Source: a virus. Taken from it: a DNA stretch of 62,696 nucleotides. A model generated the notes under the pieces. It was given only the letters and a program-made list of their open reading frames with translations. It had not been told where the DNA came from and ran no database searches. Every line of letters begins with the position of its first letter. Position 1 is the stretch's first letter. The position numbers and the translations under genes are program-made. Positions 49,101 to 55,589 of this stretch are shown here, piece after piece. Where the stretch lies: positions 1 to 62,696 of the IMG/VR virus record IMGVR_UViG_3300045988_140792, one strand, 5' to 3'.

Positions 49101-51393
49101 ACTCCTTGGCATCCTTGAATCGGGCATACTTGCCCACCATACCAGGCAAACCGATGGAAGTAAGGTTAGCCATGCTCTCCAAGAAACTCTCAGCGGCATC
49201 TTTACCTGTAGGCTTGAAGTTCGGGTCGTGCGCCATGCGCTCCAGCATCTGCTGCCCGGTCATGATACCGGAATCCACTACCTTTCCACCAACATCAGCA
49301 AGAATATTGGTAGCCAAACCTCTACCCTTACCTATCATATTGGCAATAGTATTACCCTGCATAATGACACCTAAGGCACTCTGCTTACCTCCCTCTAATA
49401 AAGTATCAAGCGCAATCTTCCACCCAGAAGGATGGTAAATCTTGCCATTCTCATCAAACTGACCAGTGCGATATTTTTCATCAATAGGCTTCGAGATAAC
49501 AGACTGACCACCAAAGGTAACAGCACCATGCACAGCACCGTTCTTCAAAGCCACGTCCTTACTCTTGCCGATAAGCACCTTGGCAGCTCGCTCAGCCACC
49601 TTGCGCTCCATGCCCTTAGCCATCAGGTCACCTGCCAGTTTGCCCTCAGCCTTGGCAATCATGCTCTTGGTCAACTTGCCACCTGCTGCTCCCGGCAACC
49701 AATAACTCCAGGCATCCCCTGCAAAGGTCAACGCTCCACTGCCTACTCGCTCCCAGAAGCCAGGCTGATATTGTTGATTGGCAATATCCTCCAACCAGTT
49801 CTGATAGTCGGTCTGCATGATTTTGCGAGAAACCTTGCCGATGATGGTGTTCTCGATACCTGTCTTCAAGATGTAGTCTGCACTACCCCTTGGTATCATT
49901 CCCTTCACCTCTAGCTGGTCAAGCTCGTTCTTGATGGCTGCATTAATCATTGGCTTGAATTGCTTAGGGTCGCCACTTAGAACACCATTCATGCCATATC
50001 GCTGCATAACCTTGAAGGCTGCGTTGCTCATATCGTTCAAGAACTGAGGATTCTGGTATAACTTGCCAAACTTCTTCTGCAAATCACCCAAAACCTTCTG
50101 AGGGTCGCGAGTCTTGTTTGCCTCAGAGATTGCACCGATAGCAAAAGGAGAAGCCGAATCCACATACTTATACTGCTCGTTATACTTCGCCATCTGTGCA
50201 TTAGAAGCCGCCTCTGCGTCTTGAATAGCCTTGGCTACAGATGTGCTGGTATATTTGCTGATAACGTCAGAAAGTGCATCATTGATGTCTTGGTTCATCA
50301 GTCTGTCCTGTACATGCTCATCGTGAGAATAGAGGCGTGTGGCGAGGTCTTCCGCTGTTTTGCGGTAGTTCTCACCATACTTCTTCACAAGGCTCTCCAC
50401 CATGGCTGGCTTCACCATACCATTCACAAACTGGTCATAGCCATCCGTCCGAGTGATATAGTTACCGTTCTCATCCACTGCCACATTGTTCTGAATACCA
50501 AGTTGGGCAGCCATCTTCTTCAAGTTGTCCTGCACGGCATGCGAATACCAAGCCCCATCAATAGCTTGGTCGATATTCTCCACCGAATCATCTAGCTTAC
50601 TAACAAACTCATCAGTAGTTCGTTGAGCGAGGCGATTTGCTGCACGGTTCATGGCTCCCATAGCCATACTTTGTGCCTCCTCTTGATTCTGAGCTTGTCC
50701 GCTAGCCATCAAGTCATACATAGTTTCAGACAAAGCATCGCCCTTGCCTACATATTTATTATAGATAGCATCCACCTGCTGGACTGGAGCTGCACCTGTA
50801 ATTGCATCAACATCCTTCACAGTAGGCTTAGGTTGCTCGGTAGCTGGTGCTTTCTCTTGATTAGAATGCTGTACCTGCTGATTATTGTCTTGTGGCTGCT
50901 GCATATTATCACCAAGAAGCATATTGGTAATCATGCCACCCATTTTCTGCTCTCTGCCGATATTACCTGCATCCACCTTCGGCATCATGCCGAGTGCTTG
51001 CGAAATCAAGCTAGGCTTCTTTAGCTCACCTCGCTGATACTCATCATTCAGCTGTGCCAAGTCCTTGAAGTTGCCCGGCTTGTTGTCAGGAGAGTTGAAA
51101 GCATCAATCACCTCTTGCGGATATTGAGACTGCTTTTTCTCCTTAGAAGAAACACTCTGCCCACTACTCTGAGGAGTTGAAGGCTTTTGAGCAACAGGTG
51201 CCTTAGCAGAAAGATATGTCTCTAAAGATTTTTGGTCTTTAAAATTATCATATCCTGCTTCACTTAATGCATTATAAAGTGTAGCTACATTTTTGCTGTC
51301 AGAAACATAGTCTCTAAACTCCTGCTCTGTACCAACATCATCATAACCATCATCAATTAACGCTTGATGTAATTTCTTTATATTATCGTCCAT
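34171..51393 (-). CDS. Giant 5,740-aa multidomain (polyvalent-type) virion/ejection protein candidate
   Basis: A single uninterrupted ORF in the late block. It contains PPase-like, ART-like, zincin-like and complete C5-methyltransferase motif sets (see sub-features). Confidence 0.9.
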   Translation of the reverse strand: MDDNIKKLHQALIDDGYDDVGTEQEFRDYVSDSKNVATLYNALSEAGYDNFKDQKSLETYLSAKAPVAQKPSTPQSSGQSVSSKEKKQSQYPQEVIDAFNSPDNKPGNFKDLAQLNDEYQRGELKKPSLISQALGMMPKVDAGNIGREQKMGGMITNMLLGDNMQQPQDNNQQVQHSNQEKAPATEQPKPTVKDVDAITGAAPVQQVDAIYNKYVGKGDALSETMYDLMASGQAQNQEEAQSMAMGAMNRAANRLAQRTTDEFVSKLDDSVENIDQAIDGAWYSHAVQDNLKKMAAQLGIQNNVAVDENGNYITRTDGYDQFVNGMVKPAMVESLVKKYGENYRKTAEDLATRLYSHDEHVQDRLMNQDINDALSDVISKYTSTSVAKAIQDAEAASNAQMAKYNEQYKYVDSASPFAIGAISEANKTRDPQKVLGDLQKKFGKLYQNPQFLNDMSNAAFKVMQRYGMNGVLSGDPKQFKPMINAAIKNELDQLEVKGMIPRGSADYILKTGIENTIIGKVSRKIMQTDYQNWLEDIANQQYQPGFWERVGSGALTFAGDAWSYWLPGAAGGKLTKSMIAKAEGKLAGDLMAKGMERKVAERAAKVLIGKSKDVALKNGAVHGAVTFGGQSVISKPIDEKYRTGQFDENGKIYHPSGWKIALDTLLEGGKQSALGVIMQGNTIANMIGKGRGLATNILADVGGKVVDSGIMTGQQMLERMAHDPNFKPTGKDAAESFLESMANLTSIGLPGMVGKYARFKDAKEFNRKFDFNDQDIAELKRFGYDDLRDAFEKLGINGYRADGEGVQMMGQLTDKYMNLMNDKSVPEVLKAKMMAVVEGKRPSSFSPVIDSIIVQPMDNDGKVYLETLNKDGGIIDRKEYSSLEEAQKAEKKLDFEKSLNITSEYEKAYHTDALQDRLNTVYEQARDRYAAGEQLNDEDKAAIYLHQNASAIGDIMQKQQKGMEQTEQEQQMVNSYRHFYDSAFENSPIMKEYVRTFEDSQGVEHGTLRKALEGDGKSRTAEQQKLVEEYQKQLYNDIVLKREMNDAKEQMNQNLIEGQRELPGATQEGGASAQNAEATAEKPVDASVSSDVPPTEPPTPPVGGETPTNVEGTPLMENGASPSDANTASNESKSDAYVMGQNAYQNGDAEGLKAIDHNDDVSKARLKRAFGDDEAQMNVVVKAYEDGKDMEQFVAQRANSMTPAQQDAVRKYVEAQDAKKGVYDALQHADDGYGDALKELLWTYQTEDGNIVPATLTTGQQVFLKKANEYGGGFVVVPDEDGNPAIKQVSSAEIKEVGTPIPLDDYINQQVTEQKNARQQQFFAQYDGSGLKPSDTVEVAMEAGEEPMQMTFAGYSEDGKIVLSDGKDNIALTKDEFNSWRQNALDSSIGAELDAEDVQRANDDAAKAEADKKQRYNEGIVGLGMKQPDYSSKDTEPKVAAEYLQEQFGNDHGKLMNLISGSRSDIKEQLDNKRKAASEYEDWLSLNADLDPEKAQKVENDLALVNEQIADLETRYKNWNAIRKEVMTPEEARTLKNERKAEIEKAGVDDSVGSPSDEREVAVLDNKELKKQYPTMDEASNYIASERKRIYHIQNDEVQPQIDDINEALEQYMNGDIDYSADQLKELNTTKAQLEARQANLSASAKDLKAQDKLLNTLYSAENKEERAKAMEELTPSEQRKVLVADALKKNDLGSIKEIYKDASIDVMDLTPQTLEEAVSESLSPHSLNPESLQYELGKSNFKFGIGKRYDSNKFNYLIAKKGTGMSVNEFAVRVFNDLPVNLQDMGYTDQDVRNTLLDMFKSYDNVKDMRNVALMNRIAAAEEELSAEEEWYEAQKEREIIERQAEIEEYNSYIQDKALSLPTESELNAIEGMEYDRMLEAEEREREYKEYVKSILPEIADYDDRSNEEGYGGGGGLGSDSSRRGVDEGNRQGEEISGREASSQSETGESTDSGRTGRQETGSMEPGEGSVVRGAHLPQEASFGERLKNAIAETEPNPSEAQKKAGNYKKGHLSFGGYDFTVETPKGATRSGKDEQGKPWSVTMHDTYGYILGKIGVDGDHIDMFINDGADLDTFDGNVYVVDQVTPETGEFDEHKVMYGYPSEEAATEAYLANYSKGWKGLGKVTSVPKTTFDKWLESSDRKTKPFADYAMIKKGAHQDFISDMEYTYENDVHPSEEDKPKMQKFAERLLNFHQDREDKPEYGYTMLSSNINGDKLYPSEKKWFGTKKYRQGVSWVDKDNVCAYELNPRFNAQGYLTAVGVHKIVPLASFNRDIKEVKPSEMTEAQKVAFDAVSAMLKKAGIPVRVISNEEMEKVAEEQDNLAISMLMSDPQLRFNIKTPEQKKAAKAAYDWATEHRPDKYAQYAIVNMDNPNQMPEYFEKKSLAEQWRKYYTNAWRIGNYKAFDLNKPFEEQVKNVKGDVPSEFDPYKVDAQNNKRNELKKQIKETEDAYNSTGQERNNYQIQLMKEYMDEHGLASENDIPDDVWSKLNDKAHEKYQDKLDSLFAKYKDLDRQLKAIVQPGVRFLRTYHGTGASFDKFDFSHMGEGEGSQAFGWGGYVTNSKDIAEDYTRRAKIRKDNGGFEFVTDLSANNKDMVRQYIYKHKDVDKGLDAMRKDLSSALEMFPDDEDLKELSNILAKKNEEIAVPDNIAYLYDVDIPDDNGDYIDWENRLKKSHLNKVNKELVRIGKEPIDTIYPSHVDGKVRGQDLYDELSSMLGSKEAASKLLSDAGFVGIKYPAGTIYGGAEKGDYNYVIFDENNANIVGNTKFAQGKGVVYGYTDGKEIVLNQEHLNPNTPIHEYQHLWRTAAKNMNPELIEHGDKLIMQTQLFADLKEDPNYKHLSDDEICDEAFARLTGEDGAAILEQMAKDAIKENPLDTAKELTIINRLKNWLKKFWYWTLDTFTKWKPEDIKKMTLEDIRNLVLRDLANGVDPRNLKSRLAKKDAVEVTPEIANTPVNIVNAEAKHGFKNYAEAREWAKKNIVRTYNNEETGGKGEINISNTAVGKYLSEKAVKKTANKDVHMSVLKVLPSVLRESIDAIQHVDRNKVGNDRSEDFGINPDVMIHRCYGAVNIGGKVYGVKITLKENVRTHEKTKLYSYEATKIELLDGQSGDVAMTSPRNSNNSITVAKIIKGFETTKENGKKFSLEDPKTLAGVHNISEEKLLKAIKQGGLANPSVAVIDTSKQNHDDYGDISLILPSDKVAKKTGKNAGTWQGDAWTPTYPQVERQMSNKGSEKASNDVSSVPSDMYSEVRRGLDRWLDGGEENSAMAYMFLHEKGVAPEPKKMQHKFSDEAYNELKSITAENFNINGIGKADAQKVLDMYIEAKFDGDKDLYEEKTKAWLKRNKSIVDAGANGGMRYAIAKENVELYDEYGFNFKAVQTFVRDVEYDHRKTGVDMNATLNEVEDYIKTNNLTDEFNTWLEGKEKEYGIKEVIFDGFTPSGNRRYVPNTLENVSKIMKKQGRNGATGTSVSFQNFAAKLMPSYGTLKDIRSKKGLLTSDREKFDDFREKWSNVFFELGMKCQPDATGTFDDYGLARLSEAAMTSDPQAYLKKEYNVDFSDEDTKRLKEMVKAIKEEHPAMYFETKFERPVGFDEFSSAVVPTTASNEVKQALQNAGVQIYEYDKEKEGDRNRAFNEAINSNNEIRFHRVTEPEELERLNKEKTFRMYSGMQEVDGKLYSPMAAIIDGKRTDATEIGAWMGADERPDLVKGGKFQLVKTDKTPGAGEGPVRAAYNPYMHTSTSMMNDQFTGAYARGNIKVVEWEIPESEKTSGYRAEGAKDAVGLVPWHSGSVNGLLPKDRQRSVMLSRWRKAVRVVPDSEVAESIAEQLDGTGLAIPWNVVTPNQLRELVKLGVPITTDESGQQAPETKEKFLAQMNELKKEFPQAQFVDVKMTKDAFKEWGSKGIVKSPILEQKLQKHPDSLMKAGTYFSGGGLVEEGLKGIIDPVVAVEYDRKISGVYRNNFGQHIVTADVRDVDPKELVKHIDGEVEYFHASPVCKNYSQAKSNGGEVELDKETAKSTADFIDAVKPRVVTIENVKGYKDSEAMKIITQALDKNGYKWDADVYNAADFGGYTSRERLIVRAVKDGELPEKPKKQPRKGGWLEAVEDILPTLTEKKNGVAPWMDARLKADGIDWQKVEKPLYVMGSAYADGKIPHAYGDEILPTLRTKSGDVIIMPGGKVLRADGRVLARITGLGDDYLLPKTESLAHTIIGNGIPVQLTKGVIAPLLNKDDLSGRNVLARLGSSIFKNTWDADKQKQVSDRVVNTANKLGGAEATVYTSVDEVPDAYLSDVKNGATGWYDPTTHTVHVYLPNCADADEAQRTVFHEKIGHEGMEVLLGGEQGVRKFADFVYKSVDKKTRGKILDFANKYDPGWSNPDRINVGTQEYIAHLAEEGPTTAEDFSLWTKIKHYLIKVLKKLGIRVPGLLNDKDLRYYLMKAGKALHVWDNMPKEKQEAMMAQASNAEIKDALADGAGKGKPRQKKGESTIQYMKRVMEWKRWKEAREDKEDPEPPMFYDFDKDAEGKKEWERLNKEWRDSHGLRGEEMPLRPERKEGESDDAFMNRYKEWEKWNDAMGDTENPMPDMFSFEKQKQDEARQKYEDWLTRHELNEQNDADLDLYEGKIYPAETNPKADALEQRVMQDLAEVTSTDVTKEGAARSVHDAVIYRRKNIESASATDAIFINSVKHELNKMANASYLGRKADAIADVVKETVTGKTPKTQAKRMAEAIPYIIEAPRRMRDIANELNAVGAFENGHIHVTAEDVDAIQPFTEELRDLAANSHKVEKNGKETIVYDDVPSMTEVASKMAKAINENHNGEEGFVPIDGTDFLAEHVLPVVLKRIVPKGIEYKNLSEEMQSLLGKIREWYDKTFTWLKDSHTVRDDIGYTADYVNHRWDKEKSDDKAYADLVEGRQRTKSPNEKLRKVSTYMEGVDAGLVPKTTDITDLLAYYSQSNIEAFANKTFLQELSGINVIERNKDGEIISSMPLLSSIQPKEMMVDENKYTPYVVPGINTVWVYNQGKIFNKSAEDWFNAAFGTVKIPKVLKGVKNAMSIAKTLELGFSGFHAGALTEVYAVQNSAEFGPAKAMAYFMKYLITDTAKTHQLPAFANPEAFKEAAKHLVKFGSTSDYATADIENLYEKVHSYVAKLHSKLVDGNVAMKAGSSVTFPLEVATELLKMSQKGLDVALWSYLHDGLKLATYQLRAERTMERAKKLNWDEDMLNKALDEDGQFVNDMFGGQHFDVLGISKKMQTILDFIFLSKDWLISTTRHALSIFGYGSIWNEASIKNFWEYYKHVLGRGEMTKEDYLRLSRSKSGLLCYGVGFMIGYEGLSQLVNAAMRAWDEEKQKEKADEIRKTNPSYKSPYELAYPDGMHWYDYLMRGNSLGQQSKIFMGRYADGTEMYIRHGKQFREIPELFFDAKDNFAFPGPMVRRMYGKASPLLRSILDANDWFKSPDYADKEMQRKYGENLGLIPKLASYYVPFAVPTQKDKEFKMLDLVFPSSKGFSRYKAQDYFKTFIMSEDKQGLAMTYNACVQNGIDPEEQLKAAISSVKALEASEMQDGVTSLQVASERFDEAKSITEKKKMRQKMKKFLSQSEYKAFTQKEALDMVQSYLNGEDDLKEMEKAENKYLMKAKSEDVTEDWRIQAVWNGTMETYDEYLRLKDVDKAKANAFKNSKTNKRLFAARKAISAARRKMNKAKKQMDGQNDAAKMVEIRKTRKELIETLNGME
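38371..38394 (-). other. Second metallopeptidase-like motif HEKIGHEG (residue ~4334)
   Basis: The context GWYDPTTHTVHVYL...AQRTVFHEKIGHEGMEVLL looks like the peptidase modules seen in large phage/plasmid proteins. It is HExxxH rather than the canonical HExxH. Confidence 0.3.
38690..39600 (-). other. C5 cytosine DNA methyltransferase domain embedded in the giant protein (about residues 3932-4235)
   Basis: Motif I YFSGGG (39574..39588), motif IV SPVCKNYS, motif VI TIENVKG, motif VIII SRERLIVRA and motif X GNGIPVQL (~38728). Confidence 0.75.
42979..42993 (-). other. HExxH zincin motif (HEYQH, residue ~2801) in the giant protein
   Basis: NPNTPIHEYQHLW, immediately C-terminal to the ART-like segment. 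Confidence 0.4.
43110..43830 (-). other. ADP-ribosyltransferase-like segment, H-Y-E clade pattern (about residues 2522-2761)
   Basis: RTYHGTG (compare diphtheria toxin YHGT), GWGGYVT (G-x-Y-[FV]-[AT]) and GDYNYVIFD (compare PARP YNEYIVYD, but without the Glu). Confidence 0.35.
45030..45400 (-). other. Segment of the giant protein resembling family I inorganic pyrophosphatase (about residues 2006-2121)
   Basis: AGNYKKGH...TVETPKGATRSG...TYGYILGKIGVDGDHIDMFI resembles the PPase core (YGYI..T...DGDP.DV). Confidence 0.4.
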
Positions 51394-51394
51394 A

Positions 51395-52675
51395 TTATAA
51401 TTTTAAATGTTTACCTTTATTTGTTTTGCCATTATTTGATTTGCTACCAATGCCAATACCGAGGCTCTTAGGTGCAAGACCTTGTTCTTCAACATCATCA
51501 ACAAACATTCTTTGAAGACCTGCATCCCACTGCTTGCCATCTGTACCAATGCCATACTTTTGTTCATAAATAGAAGCAAGATTATTGCCTCCTTTCTTTT
51601 TCATGTAATTAAAGTATTTGATGAACCTTTTACCATATTCTGCTTGAGAATATTTTGGCGTTGTTCTAATCGTCTTATTAGTTGCAGCATTGTTTCTTGC
51701 TGTTGTCGAATTATTCACGGCAACATGAGAACGGCTATCAGCTGCCTTTGCAGCTGCTGCATCAGCTTGATTGTCAAGCAACTTACCTTTCTTGCCTCTC
51801 AGTTCGTCCTCTGTCTCCTTCTTTGAAACATTCAAGTCTGCACCTGTAGAATATTGTCTTGCAGATTGAGTCACTTCTTCGACCTTTACAGGAGTGAGGG
51901 CATCCGTCTGATTCTTCTGTGAAGCACGATAAGCAGCAAGGGCTTCATTAGCCTTGGCTGCTGCCTCTGCTTGCATCTGAGCTTGCTTATTGGCTCTATC
52001 CTTCCAGATATTCGCCATCATCTGGTCATATCCTTTCTGACGAAGGGCATCAGTGCCTTCCCTCAGCTTGCGTTGGCGTTCCGTCAAAGCCTGGGCTGAT
52101 TCCACTTTCTGCTCAGGTGCACCGATAGCTGTGCCGAAGAAGTTGCCGATATGTTGGAAGAGGTTGCCTAACTGTTCCCATTTGGCTTGCCTCTCGGCTT
52201 TCTTCTGCAAAGCAGCATTGGCTGCTACAGTCTTATCCACATCACCAAGAGATTGAAGCCATGGCATAAAAGAAGCCCAATCGCCATTGCCATTCTTCTC
52301 GAAGTCCCTCATGATGTCATAAGGCTTCATCTGCTGCAAGAGAGGATTCTGCTCTATATCGGCATAAGGTTTGCTCCAATCAATCGAAATACCTTGGTTT
52401 GGAGTTACCTCGGTTACTTCCTCGGTTGGTTGCTGAGTGAAGGATGGCTGATTACCAACCACCAATCCATTTGTATCTATTGGAGCTGTTGCAGTTGTAG
52501 AAGTAGCTTGTGCTGCTGCACTATCCCCACTTGGCTGTGTCGGTGTCTGCACAGAAGAAGAAGTTGCTGGCTCAGATGGTGCTGAGCGCCCATCATCATT
52601 GGATGGAAAATCGGTTATAGGTGTCACAGCCGTAGCTGGACGCTTTGGAGTTAAATCGTCACTCATAAATCCCAT
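51395..52675 (-). CDS. Hypothetical virion protein (low-complexity N-terminus, K/A/Q-rich centre)
   Basis: 426-aa ORF whose stop lies 1 nt before the start of the giant gene. Confidence 0.6.
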   Translation of the reverse strand: MGFMSDDLTPKRPATAVTPITDFPSNDDGRSAPSEPATSSSVQTPTQPSGDSAAAQATSTTATAPIDTNGLVVGNQPSFTQQPTEEVTEVTPNQGISIDWSKPYADIEQNPLLQQMKPYDIMRDFEKNGNGDWASFMPWLQSLGDVDKTVAANAALQKKAERQAKWEQLGNLFQHIGNFFGTAIGAPEQKVESAQALTERQRKLREGTDALRQKGYDQMMANIWKDRANKQAQMQAEAAAKANEALAAYRASQKNQTDALTPVKVEEVTQSARQYSTGADLNVSKKETEDELRGKKGKLLDNQADAAAAKAADSRSHVAVNNSTTARNNAATNKTIRTTPKYSQAEYGKRFIKYFNYMKKKGGNNLASIYEQKYGIGTDGKQWDAGLQRMFVDDVEEQGLAPKSLGIGIGSKSNNGKTNKGKHLKL

Positions 52676-52690
52676 ATCTACCTCCTTTCC

Positions 52691-53194
52691 TTACAACGGC
52701 AAACTACTTGCAGCACTAGCCAAACCACCAGCTGCACCTCGAATGGCTTGCGACTGAGCCAAACCCTTTTCCTTCTTGGCAGTAGCAATGTAGTTGGTCA
52801 TTTGGTCTATCTGAGAATCTGCGGTGTTCCATACATTCTCTTTCTGTTGGGCACCTTGCACAGCAGCTTGTTGCATCATGTTGCCCACTTGCTCATTGGC
52901 TGCTTGCTTACTCAGAGCCACAGCTTCATCACTACCACCACTCACGATGTTGGTATTCTTGGCTTTCTGCGTGGCATTATCCAGCACCTTCTGGGCGTTG
53001 GTCACTGCCACCTGGTTCTCGGCTGTCTGTGTCGGGTCCTGATAATAAAGATTATCTCGGTGGTCCTTCACCTGCTGCATACGATTCTCAAAGGTCTTGA
53101 TGTATTCGTTGTATGCAGCATTTTGTTTTTTGGCTGCTAGAGCACCACCTACAGCTGATACTCCTAAGCCAGCAATACTTCCTATAAGTCCCAT
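52691..53194 (-). CDS. Hypothetical protein with an N-terminal Gly-rich hydrophobic helix
   Basis: 167-aa ORF, first gene after the promoter at 53223..53270. Confidence 0.55.
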   Translation of the reverse strand: MGLIGSIAGLGVSAVGGALAAKKQNAAYNEYIKTFENRMQQVKDHRDNLYYQDPTQTAENQVAVTNAQKVLDNATQKAKNTNIVSGGSDEAVALSKQAANEQVGNMMQQAAVQGAQQKENVWNTADSQIDQMTNYIATAKKEKGLAQSQAIRGAAGGLASAASSLPL

Positions 53195-53222
53195 AAAATT
53201 CGAATTTAATGTTTAAACAGTG

Positions 53223-53304
53223 CTAAAGTAATGCGTTTTTCTCACCTATCTGTGATAAGTTGCGCAACTTGAACAACAAGTTTCGTTATTTTTCACTATA
53301 TTTG
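53223..53304. promoter_or_regulatory. Bidirectional late-type promoter pair centred on AAGTTGCGCAACTT (53257..53270)
   Basis: The minus-strand box TACTTTAG (53223..53230) and the plus-strand box TATATTTG (53297..53304) each lie 26 nt from a palindrome edge. Confidence 0.6.
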
Positions 53305-53343
53305 CACCCGAAAACTATCAGTAATCATTTAAATTCTTAGAAT

Positions 53344-53727
53344 ATGGCAACAAAGAAAGATAATAGCAATGAGCCGAAACCAAAGCGAAAGAAGACAGGT
53401 GGACGCAAGGCTGGCACGGCAAACAAGATAACGAAAACGGTACGTGAAAGCCTTAGCGATGCCATCACTGGCTATTTCAACGGCATCAATGAAAAAGGCT
53501 ACTCTCTCGCCAATGACCTCATGCAGATAGAAGAACCTGCCGGACGCTTGGCTATAGTAGCAAAGTTCCTCCCATACGTTGCTCCAAAGCTTCAATCCAT
53601 ATCATTCAACAATGATGAGCATCGAAGCCTGTCCGTGGAAGAGTCCTTCATGGAGCTGGAAGAGAAATTTGAGAAACAGGAGACCACCATCAACATCAAG
53701 AATCTTAAGATTGTTAATAATGGCTAA
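53344..53727 (+). CDS. Hypothetical protein with a basic N-terminus (possible DNA-binding or small-terminase-like role)
   Basis: KPKRKKTGGRKAGTANKITK N-terminus. Transcribed from the plus arm of the bidirectional promoter. Confidence 0.5.
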   Translation: MATKKDNSNEPKPKRKKTGGRKAGTANKITKTVRESLSDAITGYFNGINEKGYSLANDLMQIEEPAGRLAIVAKFLPYVAPKLQSISFNNDEHRSLSVEESFMELEEKFEKQETTINIKNLKIVNNG

Positions 53728-53850
53728 ATACGAAAAATGGGTAGCCCTCTCTAAAATTTCTGCTACTTTAGAGAAGACTACCCTATGGTATGAAATTGAC
53801 TGAATCCGTCAGATATTAAGTTTTATTGGCACAATTTTAAGATATATTAG

Positions 53851-55317
53851 CTACTTTTTGCCCCTCATGCGTTCAAAATACTTGGTTTGGTCTTTGGTGA
53901 TGTTCTTCACCTTTATCTGTATGGTGCAAGTGCTAGGCACGTTGTCGTTTATGTTGGCCATCAGTAGGTCAATAATCTCATCCGTGTTCTTGTAGCCCTT
54001 GCCATCTAAATGAGCCACCACCTCGCCCATGAAGTAGGCATCGGCACTGAGTTCAAATGTTTCCTCCACCTTTTCAAAAACAGGCGCATGATACTCCTGT
54101 ATTCGTCTGCTTGGGTCATTGGTAAAGAAAATCTTCTCCACCACCTTCTCGTTCAGTTCCCAGGCTCTGGAGAAGTCTGGCTTCACATATCCCATGGTAA
54201 TCTTATGAGTACTGATGTGATTCATCGCAAAACCTATCTCTTCATAATTGGCACCAATATCATTTTGAGCTATGGTAGCCCAAGTATGGCGAAAAGTATA
54301 AGGTGTTATCTTCAATTCACTATCCTTCAATGTATTCACACAGAATTTCTTTAGGAATAGGCACAAATTACCATCCATCGACCTGCTACACCCATAGCTT
54401 TTGTGAAAATTAAACAGATAAGGGTCTTCTTTATCTGAGAAATACTTCATCATGGTAGGTATGAGCATATCTGGTACTTTCATTTCTATATAAGCTTCAT
54501 CAGCTCTAACCGTTCGTGTCTTCTGTCGCTTGTAATGCAAAATACCATCGTAATAGTCAACCTTCTTCATTTCATACAGGTCAGCCACATTGATTCCGGC
54601 AAGACACAATACCATCTTGCACACATCCACAGCCAAGCATTCCGTCTTAGAAGAAGGAATCACAGAAAAAATCCTTCTGCAATCTTCCATCAAGATAGCA
54701 CGCTTTTTGGGAATAGCATGCTTATGATACTCCACTTTAGTCCAAGGATTCACCTTTATCCTTACGATGTCGTTGTCATAATCATTATATTTAGCCACAC
54801 CTGCCTTGAACATCTTTTTTAGGAACTGAGGATAGTAAGATTTCTTTGCCTTGGAATCCTTCATACTATCTATCCATCCTTGCACTAGTTTGGTGTTCAA
54901 TTCACTAAACATTACCTTCTCAGAACCACAATATCTTTCTATACTATTCAGGGTATTGCGATAATTTACAAGAGACTGAGGTTTCAATGTTTCAGACAAC
55001 TCATCAATATATTCTCTTGCAAAGTCTGAGAAACACACATCTGCATCGTTCTGTTCTAGATAGTCCCTAACCTGTTCAGCACTCCAAGAACGGATGTCTA
55101 GCTTATTAAGCTTGAACATCCATTCTTCAATAATTTGGTTCAGTGGATTTAGCACAAAAGAATCCTTCACATCATGAGAACCCTTCACGATGCCTTTCTG
55201 TCCCACCATCTTGTTCGTCTTAATATAAAGCGACCTACGATTATGAGTCATTCGAATGTACACTTGGTAAAAACCATCTGACCTCTGATGCTGAACAACA
55301 ATTTTAAATGTAGCCAT
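53851..55317 (-). CDS. int: Tyrosine recombinase (phage integrase), Bacteroidota type
   Basis: N-terminal arm-binding-like domain (MATFKIVVQHQRSDGFYQVYIRM). C-terminal catalytic residues in FRHTWAT and MNHISTHKITMGYV. Confidence 0.9.
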   Translation of the reverse strand: MATFKIVVQHQRSDGFYQVYIRMTHNRRSLYIKTNKMVGQKGIVKGSHDVKDSFVLNPLNQIIEEWMFKLNKLDIRSWSAEQVRDYLEQNDADVCFSDFAREYIDELSETLKPQSLVNYRNTLNSIERYCGSEKVMFSELNTKLVQGWIDSMKDSKAKKSYYPQFLKKMFKAGVAKYNDYDNDIVRIKVNPWTKVEYHKHAIPKKRAILMEDCRRIFSVIPSSKTECLAVDVCKMVLCLAGINVADLYEMKKVDYYDGILHYKRQKTRTVRADEAYIEMKVPDMLIPTMMKYFSDKEDPYLFNFHKSYGCSRSMDGNLCLFLKKFCVNTLKDSELKITPYTFRHTWATIAQNDIGANYEEIGFAMNHISTHKITMGYVKPDFSRAWELNEKVVEKIFFTNDPSRRIQEYHAPVFEKVEETFELSADAYFMGEVVAHLDGKGYKNTDEIIDLLMANINDNVPSTCTIQIKVKNITKDQTKYFERMRGKK

Positions 55318-55589
55318 AGTTATTTTATTTTCAAAGCTATTTCAAAACAAACGCTCTCATTTGTCACGTTTAACGTGTCAAACGTTTCTAAAACACTATA
55401 CTTCTGACTATCTAGAAATCAACCATTTACGCTAACTCCTCAAATATCAGATAATTACGAAAATATGATTTCTAATTTCCAAACCAGATTCATAATATAC
55501 TGTATTTACTAATGTTTTAGCGTTTCTCTCAAAACAATCTATAAACTTATTTTGGAATTTAAATTTACGAACAAACTTTATGTTCTTTA

